A stretch of DNA of 32,000 nucleotides from Pyrodictium delaneyi (GCF_001412615.1 NZ_CP013011.1:1380001-1412000); one strand, 5' to 3'; shown: positions 8,989-16,774, numbered from the stretch's first letter. Notes: generated by a model not told the origin, from the sequence alone. A program made the numbers and translations.

Positions 8989-9739
8989 TGCCTAGTCCAT
9001 CGACGGGGATTATGACTCTTCGGGGGAGTTTCTTTCCTCTCGCCTTTTCCTGGAGCTCCTGAAGGCTTTCGCGGGACAGATGCATTGTTACGAGTATGGC
9101 ATCACTCTTCATGATGCTTCTGTAGGCTAGCGTTTGCTCCACGGTGTGGTGCCCAGACTCTCGCGCAACCTCGGCTAGGTTGCTCGGTATCGTGGTCTCC
9201 ACAGCTGCGAGCGCTACCCGTTTCACAGCCTCCTCTACAGCCTTAGTTGGCGCTGTGTCACCGCTGTAGTAGAGCAGTGGCTTCCCGTCCTCGTAGACTA
9301 TAGCGCCATAGCTGGTGATCGAGTGTTGGCCCTCCACGGGCTCTATCTCCAGCGTAGCGCCGGGGCTCCACCTTCCCCTGGGTTCTACCCCGATTAGGCT
9401 GCTACACGACTCGCGGTAGACGCGGGGAAGCCTAGGGAGGAGAGTGCCTAGAGCCTCGCCTGCTACCGGTGATGCTGCTACAATGCGTGGTGGCTTGCAC
9501 TGCTCCGCCGCAGCGTAGACTGCTATGTCAAATAGTCCGCTCCAGTGGTCGATGTGTAGGTGCGTTATGTAGACGTAGTCGATCTCGCAGACACTGTACC
9601 CGGCCTCCTGGAGCTTCTGGCCGCAGCCGGGTCCCGCGTCAAGTAGTATCCGGACTTCACCATTGTCTACTAGGATACAGTTCTCAGCCCTCCCTGGTGG
9701 CGCCCCCGAGCCACCCGTGCCGAGGAAGACGATGTACAT
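8978..9739 (-). CDS. MBL-fold metallo-hydrolase (RNase Z-like)
   Basis: LGTGGSGAPPGR..ILLDAGPG at the N-terminus, then HLHIDHWSG (HxHxDH). Confidence 0.85.
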   Translation of the reverse strand: MYIVFLGTGGSGAPPGRAENCILVDNGEVRILLDAGPGCGQKLQEAGYSVCEIDYVYITHLHIDHWSGLFDIAVYAAAEQCKPPRIVAASPVAGEALGTLLPRLPRVYRESCSSLIGVEPRGRWSPGATLEIEPVEGQHSITSYGAIVYEDGKPLLYYSGDTAPTKAVEEAVKRVALAAVETTIPSNLAEVARESGHHTVEQTLAYRSIMKSDAILVTMHLSRESLQELQEKARGKKLPRRVIIPVDGLGINL

Positions 9740-9881
9740 GGCGCTGGCGACCCAAGGCCCTAGGAGCCTGGGGCTCTAGGCTATTTAGTATGCCCCTATC
9801 CTGACTCTCAGCGCTTTTAACCCCCGTTTACGGTAGACATGTAGCTCGACGGGATACCAGTATAGCGCCACGGGCACAAGC

Positions 9882-10685
9882 GTGGTGGAATCCTTGGCAC
9901 CGCCAAGCCTGCTGGGTCTGCAGCAGCTAGGCCCCGTAGAAGCCGCGCTCGCTATGAGCCTACTCGCCGCCGTTGCAACTACTGTGGGCGGGCTCGCTGC
10001 TCTCCCCCTGGGAGGGCGGAGGCTCGACCCACGGATACTAGACGCTGGTCTCGGGTTCAGCAGCGGCGTGATGACTGTAGCTAGCTTTACGAGCCTACTC
10101 CTCCCCGCTATAGAGTCTGCTGGACAGCCGTGGACTCCTCTTCTCGGCTTCGTAGCTGGTGCTGCCGTTATCGCTGTTGTCCATCGGCTCTTACCGCACG
10201 AGCACGTACTGCTCGACCGCTACGAGGGCCCGGAGTGGGGCCGGAGGAAGCTCCGCGCAGCATGGCTTGTAGCAGTAGCGATACTCATCCATAACCTGCC
10301 AGAGGGCATGGCTATAGGCGCTGCCTCGGCGTACAGTGTCGAGAAGGGCATAGCTACCGGGCTCGCTATAGCCCTGCAAGACGTGCCCGAGGGGCTCGCA
10401 GTAGCTATGCCGGTCCTCCTCGCTACTGGGAACATGCTCGCCGCCTTGGGGCTCAGTGCTCTCAGCGGCCTCTGCGAGGTAGCCACCGCCGTACCCACGG
10501 CCCTACTCGGCGAGGCCGCAGCCACCCATTTGCCCGTGATACTGGGCTTCGGGGCCGGTGCCATGGTCTACGTGGTCAGCCACGAGGCGCTTCCAGAGAG
10601 CCACCGTAGCGGACACGAGGACGTGGCTACCCTGGGCTACTTCCTAGGATTCATAGTTATGCTGATACTGGACACCACGATCTAG
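9882..10685 (+). CDS. ZIP-family divalent metal transporter (ZupT-like)
   Basis: Multi-TM protein carrying HNLPEGMAIG and LQDVPEGLAVA, the two ZIP signature helices. GTG start. Confidence 0.85.
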   Translation: MVESLAPPSLLGLQQLGPVEAALAMSLLAAVATTVGGLAALPLGGRRLDPRILDAGLGFSSGVMTVASFTSLLLPAIESAGQPWTPLLGFVAGAAVIAVVHRLLPHEHVLLDRYEGPEWGRRKLRAAWLVAVAILIHNLPEGMAIGAASAYSVEKGIATGLAIALQDVPEGLAVAMPVLLATGNMLAALGLSALSGLCEVATAVPTALLGEAAATHLPVILGFGAGAMVYVVSHEALPESHRSGHEDVATLGYFLGFIVMLILDTTI

Positions 10686-10825
10686 CCCTAGGGCTGGGGA
10701 GGTCAGTCTAGAGCCTGGCCGGGATGCAGGACGCCCCATCACGGCTGCACGGATGAAGCCATCAGGGATATCGGGTTACAGTCCGAACATACCATTCCAA
10801 AACAGAATACTCTAACACATGCAAA

Positions 10826-10841
10826 GGCTCTTCTAAGAGCC
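10826..10841. promoter_or_regulatory. 7-2-7 inverted repeat GGCTCTT-CT-AAGAGCC upstream of the HTH-PRTase gene
   Basis: Read directly from the sequence. It lies 63 nt upstream of the GTG at 10904, in the only AT-rich part of this intergenic region. Confidence 0.3.
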
Positions 10842-10903
10842 AAGGGATCCGACATTCTTAATTCGCCGTCCGCGAGCCCGGCTGCATGCCCTCCTGGGAG
10901 TAG

Positions 10904-11620
10904 GTGCCAGAGTTGAACCGGGTCGACGAGCTGCGGCTGCGCCTCGAGGCTGTCGAACTGCTCCGGCTGCTTCGCCGCTGGTGGAGTCTCAGGGAGCTAG
11001 AGGAGATAACGGGGCTTCCACGCGGGGTCCTCGCCCACTACGTCTCTGGAAACCGTGTGCCAAGCGAAGGCCAGGCCCAGCTGATAGTCGAGCGTGTTCT
11101 CGAGAGGCTCCCGCCTAGTAGGCTTCTAGGCGAGAAGGTACGCGGCCAACAAGAGATGCTGGACCTCCAGGAGCTCGTACTGGACCCGCTTGTGCTGCGA
11201 CTCGCCTCACTCTGGGCATCCAGGCGCTACCGGGGCCGCGTCACCAAGGTCCTCGCCGCCGAGACAGCTGGTGTACCCCTGGCTACGGCTATAGCACTCA
11301 GCCTCAACGCAGACCTCGTGCTCGCCCGGAGAAGCCGGGAGAATCCCTACCGGGACTACCTCCGCGGCGAGGCGGGAGAGCCCCCGTTCAACGTCAAGGT
11401 GTTCTACGTGACTGCGGGGAGCCTCGAGAGAGGCGACCACGTCCTCCTTGTAGACGATCTCGCCCGGAGTGGCGCGACCCTAGAGGCTCTCGCCAAGATA
11501 GTACATGCCGCCGGTGCTGAGCCCGTAGCCGCGATGGTGCTTATCGCTCTTGGCAGGGAGTGGCGCCGCCGCCTAGCCGCGCTGGTACCCGAGGCTGTGG
11601 CGCTACTGGAGCTAGGCTAG
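10904..11620 (+). CDS. HTH domain fused to a type-I phosphoribosyltransferase domain (PurR/GfcR-like putative regulator)
   Basis: The N-terminus SLRELEEITGLPRGVLAHYVSGNRVPS is HTH-like. The C-terminus has the PRPP loop VLLVDDLARSGATL. Confidence 0.75.
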   Translation: MPELNRVDELRLRLEAVELLRLLRRWWSLRELEEITGLPRGVLAHYVSGNRVPSEGQAQLIVERVLERLPPSRLLGEKVRGQQEMLDLQELVLDPLVLRLASLWASRRYRGRVTKVLAAETAGVPLATAIALSLNADLVLARRSRENPYRDYLRGEAGEPPFNVKVFYVTAGSLERGDHVLLVDDLARSGATLEALAKIVHAAGAEPVAAMVLIALGREWRRRLAALVPEAVALLELG

Positions 11621-12010
11621 CCCCGTGAGCCGCCCCTGGGCCGCCTCAGCTCCGCTAGCCACTCGGGGGGCCTCAGCAGCCAACACCACTAGGAGCACAG
11701 CCGCCAGGGCCGCCCTCACCCAGCCGGCGAGCGGGCACACCCCTACGAGGCTGCAGGCCGGAAGGGTCCACGCGGCGAGGAGCCAGTAGACGAGGCTCCG
11801 CCAGGCCCCGCTACACCCCTCACACACCCGGGCAGCACCGCCACGAGAGCCGCGCCCACGACGAGCAGGCTGGCAGCCCTAGAGCCGGGCACAGCCCACA
11901 CCCCCTCGGGGGCGCTGGACCGGTTGCCCGGGGACCCAGCACAGGAAGCTGCCCACCACAGCCAAGGTGTAGCTCTGCTCCGCCAGGGCCTCTCAACCGT
12001 GTGATTGTCT

Positions 12011-12045
12011 ATGAACCCCGCCGCGCCGGTGACCAGGGACCATCA
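12011..12045 (+). repeat. copy 1 of a ~35-nt paralogous segment (ATGAACCCCGCCGCGCC...CCATCA)
   Basis: The 17-mer ATGAACCCCGCCGCGCC is identical to 13260-13276. Similarity continues to CCATCA with one indel. Confidence 0.6.
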
Positions 12046-12212
12046 GGGCGGCGTGCCGCTGACTTGCTCTACTGGGTCCCCCTCTACGCCCCTGGTTCTC
12101 TCAGGGCTGCCCCGGGCTACCGCCGCTAACGGAGTTACGTAGCCCGTAGGCCCTGGCTCTCCGGGGGCAGCAGGCCGGAGGCAACGGGGGCTGATGACCC
12201 CTCTTCCCCCGG

Positions 12213-12659
12213 TCATGTGTGGGCGTGGCCCCTGTGCCGGGTGGTGCCCGTTCTCCGGGGTTTCTGTTGTTCCTCTGCTGGCTGCTTGGTGCTGCCTGGT
12301 TCTCCGAGTAGTGTCCCCTTGACGTGTTCTAGGAATGCTTCTAGGCTAGGGTCTTCTAGGGGTCTTACCTCTCCTCCTACGTGCCGGTGGTGCGGGTAGG
12401 TCTCCACCTCTGGGTGGTGCGGGGCGTTATCCCATCCCTCTATGGTTTCTCCGCTCTGGCTGAGCCAGTAGTAGCTGTAGGCTATCACCTTGTCGCCCCG
12501 GCGGATCTGGCGTAGGTGGAGCTTTGAGCCGTCTACTAGTGCTGCTGTGGCCTTTTCCACTACTATGTCTCCCCTTACGGTGAGTTCAAGCCTCTCTAGC
12601 CTCGCTACTATGCCCCGGTACCTCTCCAAGAGCTTTTCTAAGTAGCTGGCGTAGCTCAC
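12213..12659 (-). CDS. TumE-family (DUF6516-like) putative toxin
   Basis: The core ..YSYYWLSQSGETIEGWDNAPHHPEVETYPHHRHVGGE..PSLEAFLEHV fits the remembered DUF6516/TumE signature (hydrophobic-DN-PHH....PHH(K/R)H). A GAGGAGGAG motif sits 5 nt before the GTG start. Confidence 0.6.
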   Translation of the reverse strand: MSYASYLEKLLERYRGIVARLERLELTVRGDIVVEKATAALVDGSKLHLRQIRRGDKVIAYSYYWLSQSGETIEGWDNAPHHPEVETYPHHRHVGGEVRPLEDPSLEAFLEHVKGTLLGEPGSTKQPAEEQQKPRRTGTTRHRGHAHT

Positions 12660-12927
12660 CTATCTCCTCCTCTAGGCTCTTCTTGGCCTCGTGGAGGAAC
12701 CTCCACTCGATCCAGGCCTCGTGCGCCTCAAGGCTATCATCCATGGCTTTCTCGAACTCCTCCAGGTCTGTGCCGTACCTCCTGCGTAGCTTTTCCAGCT
12801 CGGCTTCGACCTCGCGTAGCTCCCTCTCGGCCTCGGCTAGGCGCCTCCGGATAGCCTCGACCAGTGATGAGCGTAGGAGGCCCGGGTACCTCCGCTGCAG
12901 CTCCTCGGCAACAGCGCCTAGAGACAC
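12586..12927 (-). CDS. coiled-coil small protein, putative partner/antitoxin of the TumE-like gene
   Basis: Charged heptad-like sequence (RRLAEAERELREVEAELEKLRRRYG). It overlaps the downstream gene by 74 nt in another frame. GTG start with an AT-rich promoter upstream. Confidence 0.5.
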   Translation of the reverse strand: MSLGAVAEELQRRYPGLLRSSLVEAIRRRLAEAERELREVEAELEKLRRRYGTDLEEFEKAMDDSLEAHEAWIEWRFLHEAKKSLEEEIGELRQLLRKALGEVPGHSSEAREA

Positions 12928-12970
12928 GGTGTCTGCCCCCGGGTACCTGGATGGGGATACGCGCCCTACT

Positions 12971-13011
12971 GTATATATATAGTATATAGTTAGTATAACC
13001 TTCGTATAACC
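12971..13011 (-). promoter_or_regulatory. AT-rich TATA region with direct repeats GTATAACC (12993-13000, 13004-13011)
   Basis: GTATATATATAGTATATAGTTAGTATAACCTTCGTATAACC is the only AT-rich stretch here. It lies 44-85 nt upstream of the GTG at 12927 on the minus strand. Confidence 0.5.
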
Positions 13012-13259
13012 ACGCAGCCCTGCACTGTTCTAGGCAGGCCTCTGTCTTCTAGGTGAAGGCTTCGACGCGTTCATCTGCTATCCTGTGGACCATCTGTGCA
13101 AACTCGTCTTCGTGTATCCCGGTTTCGTCCACGTGTAGCCTCCAGCCCCCGGGCCCCGAAAGCAGCTGAAAGGTTCTCGAAGCAGCCCGCGGAGAGGTTA
13201 CCAATGCCGACCATTGTGTTGCCTTGTTCTAGCAGCCTGCCGGCCAAGCCGGTTGCCTG

Positions 13260-13293
13260 ATGAACCCCGCCGCGCCAGCGGCCACGGCCATCA
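13260..13293 (+). repeat. copy 2 of the ~35-nt paralogous segment
   Basis: See copy 1. Same orientation, 1249 nt downstream. Confidence 0.6.
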
Positions 13294-13375
13294 AAGGGGC
13301 CGGGGCTCTGTACCCGCCCTAGGGGTCTCCTCCCCATCAGGCTTCTCCGCGGCGCATGGCCACGGGGCGGGGCTC

Positions 13376-13740
13376 CTAGAGTAGGCCCCTCTCCCGCTTC
13401 CTCCTCAGCTCCTGCCCCCGCCAGGCCAGCAGCCCAATGCTGGCGTACAGCATCACCACGCCAACGAAGGCCAGCACCCGAGGTGTGTACGGGAGCAAGC
13501 CCCGCTCGACGAGATACCTATACACCCTTGTGCACGATGGTAACCCCGAGGAAGTACATCACACTGCAGTGTACGCGGCTACCCCTCCTACACTTCCTGA
13601 ACGCGTCATACTAGCCAACAAGGGAAAACACTGTCAAAACTACATAGCTAATGTGGCTATCGATGGAGAGCGCTACGGAGGCATAGAGTCCGGCGCCGGG
13701 CCACTCCGCGACACCACCCGTGAATAAAGCCGCGCACTGT
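13376..13740 (-). pseudogene. string of short hydrophobic reading-frame fragments (decayed membrane-protein gene or tiny membrane ORFs)
   Basis: Manual translation of the minus strand gives ..FTGGVAEWPGAGLYASVALSIDSHISYVVLTVFSLVG*, ..VMYFLGVTIVHKGV* and (GTG)YRYLVERGLLPYTPRVLAFVGVVMLYASIGLLAWRGQELRRKRERGLL*. The three fragments lie in different frames. Confidence 0.25.
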
Positions 13741-13802
13741 GAACCAGCTCTCTACGCATCTCTGCGGCAAGCATCTAGCACCCGTCTATATGGCCTACAC
13801 AG

Positions 13803-14000
13803 CTATTGTACAGGACCCAGGGCCCGCGGCTGCAGCCTACGAGCCGCGCCCTCCACGGCCTGCCGGCAAAGCCTCGCAGCCTCGCGCACAACATAGACGA
13901 ATACGGCGCCGCCGAGAATAAGCAGCGCGAGCCCCACGGCAACAGCCCTGCCGTCGGAGCCGGCGCCGCCGGCCAGCACGGTGAATAACCCAACGATCAT
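13803..14000 (-). CDS. small hydrophobic protein (uncertain)
   Basis: 65-aa ORF with one or two TM-like segments (AVAVGLALLILGGAVFVYVV). Same strand as its neighbours. Confidence 0.3.
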   Translation of the reverse strand: MIVGLFTVLAGGAGSDGRAVAVGLALLILGGAVFVYVVREAARLCRQAVEGAARRLQPRALGPVQ

Positions 14001-14072
14001 GGCTGCGCCGCCAAGCCCCCAGAGGAAGGCGTGCCGGACGGGCTTCCTCCTCTCGTACCTGCAGGCTAGCAG

Positions 14073-14342
14073 CTACTCGAAACCGACCCCGTAAGCCCTC
14101 GCGCTATAGACCATAGACGCAGCAGCGAGCCCCAAGACAGCGGCGGGCGTAAGGGCCGCGAAGAGCCCCACTGAGACCGTTCTCGGCGCCCAGAGCAGCG
14201 GAGCAAACAAGACAGCCAGGACACCAGCCAGCCACAGCGCCCTCACCAGCCTACTCCCGCGCCACACGCCGGAGGCAAACACTCTGACAAGCGCCTCAAC
14301 AAGCAAGACAACCACAAGTACCACACCAGCGTAATCCACCAC
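14073..14342 (-). CDS. small membrane protein, three predicted TM helices
   Basis: VVLVVVLLVEALV, LWLAGVLAVLFAPLLW and GLFAALTPAAVLGLAAASMV. GTG start. Confidence 0.45.
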   Translation of the reverse strand: MVDYAGVVLVVVLLVEALVRVFASGVWRGSRLVRALWLAGVLAVLFAPLLWAPRTVSVGLFAALTPAAVLGLAAASMVYSARAYGVGFE

Positions 14343-14638
14343 CGCCTAGCCACCCCCATCATGTCTTCAAAGCCTTGTACAACATGTAGACAAAGACGCC
14401 GTCAATGCACAGAGATTACGACCGGGCCCTAGGGTACCAGACCGTAGTCGATGCTAGCAGCCCTGCAGGCAGAGAGCACCGCAAACGCCCCGTCACTCCC
14501 CGCAGGTAGCATGCCCGCCTACCGCCACCGCGGCACTCCCGATGGAAGAGCACTACTGCAACAAGCCATAGCAGTGCGTGAACGAGGTCGGAGGATATGC
14601 CACATTCATCTATGAAACCACCTCCGATGAACTACATG

Positions 14639-15064
14639 CTAGCCGCTGTGCGGCTTTTGCGTCTGCGATTCTACTCTTGGCCTCCTCACGCGTATCCTGC
14701 ACTCCTCTATGTCTCTCATCAGCAGCTTATAGGCTGCAGAGGAGCCTCCAGCGACAAGCAGCAGCGAGGCCACGGTCAGCAGGATGTAGTCCCTGGCCTC
14801 CAGGGCTGGGCGTTTTAGATACACTATGGGCGGGATCAGCGCGCCGCCCACCGCCAGCGTAGACGCGGACACCACCGCTACGAGCCTCAGGAAGGCCCTA
14901 ATGTCTAGAGCCGAGCACGCTACCAGCTCCTCGAAGCTGAGCCCCCTCCTAGCCGAGAGCCACAAGTAGACCCCCAGGACAGCGAACCCCGTCATGGAGC
15001 CCACAGCGGGGAAGACAGCCTCGGGGGGCCCCAGCCCTGGCGCTGAAGAGCAGCGAAGATCCAC
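14639..15064 (-). CDS. membrane protein, probable downstream part of a frame-split gene
   Basis: TM-rich ORF that overlaps 14992..15198 by 73 nt. The two frames can be joined at the G6C4 run at 15023-15032. Confidence 0.45.
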   Translation of the reverse strand: MDLRCSSAPGLGPPEAVFPAVGSMTGFAVLGVYLWLSARRGLSFEELVACSALDIRAFLRLVAVVSASTLAVGGALIPPIVYLKRPALEARDYILLTVASLLLVAGGSSAAYKLLMRDIEECRIRVRRPRVESQTQKPHSG

Positions 15065-15198
15065 GCAGCAGAACTAGCGGCAAGGCCAGCAAGCCCCACG
15101 AGATACCAGACCCTCGCCCTCCGCTCAATCCCTAAAACAATAAGCAAGCTAAACAAAACACTAAAGACTATCAGCACAAATCTAGTAGCCGAAAGCAT
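14992..15198 (-). CDS. membrane protein, probable upstream part of the same frame-split gene
   Basis: ATG start with an AT-rich upstream region. Two TM segments (FVLIVFSVLFSLLIVLGI, LVGLAGLAASSAAWIFAAL), after which the frame runs into non-hydrophobic read-through. Confidence 0.4.
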   Translation of the reverse strand: MLSATRFVLIVFSVLFSLLIVLGIERRARVWYLVGLAGLAASSAAWIFAALQRQGWGPPRLSSPLWAP

Positions 15199-15334
15199 AG
15201 GTTAACACCCTAGACACTATCACTTTGGAATTCTAAACATTATGAAGCAAATAAAAGAGTCTATCTAGCTGCACTTGTCCTTCCGATTCAAGGTTCATAA
15301 TATTCCTGGAGCCGGGTCTTGCAAGGCTCCTCCC

Positions 15335-15658
15335 TTAGGGCCTCCAGCGGGCTCTAGCTACTTTCAACAGCTCAGACACTCCAAGCACGACTCCAATGGC
15401 AAGAAATATCCCCGAGAGTTTAGTCAAGGGAACGCAACAAGACAGCCCGAAGACTCCAAGAAGTACTAATACAACAGCCCTGATAATCCTGATATACATA
15501 TATCTCTCTACAATATTTTTAGGCATAAACATTAGCGCAAGGAACGTGAAAAGGATGAATGATTTAATGTTATATGACCACAAACTGTAAAGAGCACCAG
15601 TTGCGGCTACCATAAACAGCATACATGAAAGCACTCTCTGAAATCTGTATGAGTGCAT
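15335..15658 (-). CDS. small multi-pass membrane protein (low-GC island)
   Basis: 107 aa with 3-4 TM helices. ATG preceded by GGGGGT 8 nt upstream. Duplicated TATA-like box upstream. Confidence 0.55.
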   Translation of the reverse strand: MHSYRFQRVLSCMLFMVAATGALYSLWSYNIKSFILFTFLALMFMPKNIVERYMYIRIIRAVVLVLLGVFGLSCCVPLTKLSGIFLAIGVVLGVSELLKVARARWRP

Positions 15659-15689
15659 ATTATGAACCCCCTTGATGACCGTAGTTAAT

Positions 15690-15707
15690 CCTTATATTCC
15701 TTATATT
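15690..15707 (-). promoter_or_regulatory. tandem 9-bp duplication CCTTATATT x2 (TATA-like on the minus strand: AATATAAGG)
   Basis: Read directly from the sequence. It lies 32-50 nt upstream of the ATG at 15658. Confidence 0.4.
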
Positions 15708-15756
15708 CACCGTTAACTATAGAGTTACTTAAATTCAATTCAATTTATTATAAGAT

Positions 15757-15762
15757 AAAAAA
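15757..15762 (-). terminator. T6 run on the minus strand just downstream of the 328-aa gene
   Basis: A6 on the plus strand lies 26-31 nt after the TAG stop (15788-15790). Oligo-T tracts are the usual archaeal termination signal. Confidence 0.4.
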
Positions 15763-15787
15763 TGTCGTATCGTGCTATGCATGATTA

Positions 15788-16774
15788 CTAGAGATCACAA
15801 CATGACTGATAACCTATGCAGCAACAACATTCTACACATGCAAATATAACGCCAGCACCGCTGTATAACGCTGCAAGTACTGCCTCACTAGACACTCCAA
15901 ATACCTCTGCAAGGCATGCTATAAGACCTGCACCAGCAGTTACTATTGCACAGCCGATGACAGCGCCTAGCGCAGCTCCACATAGTATACAGTAGAGTAT
16001 GCATGATAGATCCCCATCAAGTACTATTGCTAGTCCGGCTGCGGACTTATTGTATGCCTTTAGCTTCTTTTCTACTAGTTTTGCAAGGGTGTCTAGCTCC
16101 TTAGCTATTTTATTCCACAACCATTTTGTCTCCTTAGTATCGCTAGCGGCCACCTTCTTCAGAGTCTTTGCCAGTATGGCATAGTGCTGCGAGAGCGTTG
16201 TCTCGTTCGCTATGAATACCATGTCTGCTATTGGCTGGGTCTTTTCCGGTATGGGTGCTATGTTTGCTGCCGTCATGAAGAGCTTATATTCGCCTGTCTC
16301 GGGGTCCGTTATAATCTTTGTAGCAATTGTCACGTTGTAGCTGTCGTGTTCCGCCCTGTATAGCAGCAGGTAGTACTGGTAGCTAAAGGTCTCATTGTAT
16401 AGGGTTACCTCTATGAGCTTGAGATCTCTGCTAGTTGTATTGTACTCGTAGAGCGTCTCAAAGGCTACGCTGAGGTTAGCTGACTGCAGTGGACATGTTG
16501 TGGTGGACTCGGTACAGCTTGTACAAGGTGTTATGTTTGTTAGGTCGATGTAGTTGTTTATCTCTGTTATGTTTAGTTGTAGCCTGTTGCGGTTGTCTAG
16601 CCATGCTAGTATGGCTCTTTTTACGAGGAGTTGGCTTGTGTCTGGGGTTAGAGCGTGTGCTGCTGGGGCTAGTGCGGGGGGTAGCTGTGGTAGTAGGAGT
16701 AGCGGTATGAGCAGCACTAGTGCTGTCTTCTTGAGGGTGCTGTTATTGGTATTCTGGATGGAGTGCCCCGTCAC
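15788..16774 (-). CDS. secreted/anchored sequon-rich protein with C-terminal polycysteine membrane region (low-GC island)
   Basis: Signal-like N-terminus (TALVLLIPLLLLPQLPPALAPAAHA). Eight N-x-S/T sequons in the ectodomain. The last ~75 aa hold two Gly/Ala-rich TM helices and 12 Cys (..ACVECCCCIGYQSCCDL). GGAGGTG lies 9 nt before the GTG start. Confidence 0.65.
   Translation of the reverse strand: MTGHSIQNTNNSTLKKTALVLLIPLLLLPQLPPALAPAAHALTPDTSQLLVKRAILAWLDNRNRLQLNITEINNYIDLTNITPCTSCTESTTTCPLQSANLSVAFETLYEYNTTSRDLKLIEVTLYNETFSYQYYLLLYRAEHDSYNVTIATKIITDPETGEYKLFMTAANIAPIPEKTQPIADMVFIANETTLSQHYAILAKTLKKVAASDTKETKWLWNKIAKELDTLAKLVEKKLKAYNKSAAGLAIVLDGDLSCILYCILCGAALGAVIGCAIVTAGAGLIACLAEVFGVSSEAVLAALYSGAGVIFACVECCCCIGYQSCCDL

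Noticed and set aside
12161-12212. Possible SRP RNA helix-8-like motif (CAGGCC-GGAG-GCAACGG)
   Set aside because: It resembles the archaeal CAGGCCCGGAAGGGAGCAACGG element only partially, because the 3' GGAGCA part is missing. No Alu-domain or long helix-5 pairing could be traced by eye. It needs a covariance-model search.
13257-13330. C/D-box sRNA candidate (CTGATGA at 13257-13263; also CTGATGA at 12191-12197)
   Set aside because: No CUGA D box at the expected 3' distance, no C'/D' pair, and the first base is not a purine.
13071-13337. 88-aa minus-strand ORF
   Set aside because: Gly/Arg-rich with no start context. Another minus frame gives a more protein-like ~50-aa tail (..RLHVDETGIHEDEFAQMVHRIADERVEAFT*, stop at 13049-13051). 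Neither could be supported well enough to call.
13437-13727. 96-aa plus-strand ORF
   Set aside because: Its composition is not protein-like (no hydrophobic core pattern). The minus strand here gives more coherent TM-like fragments. Treated as noise.
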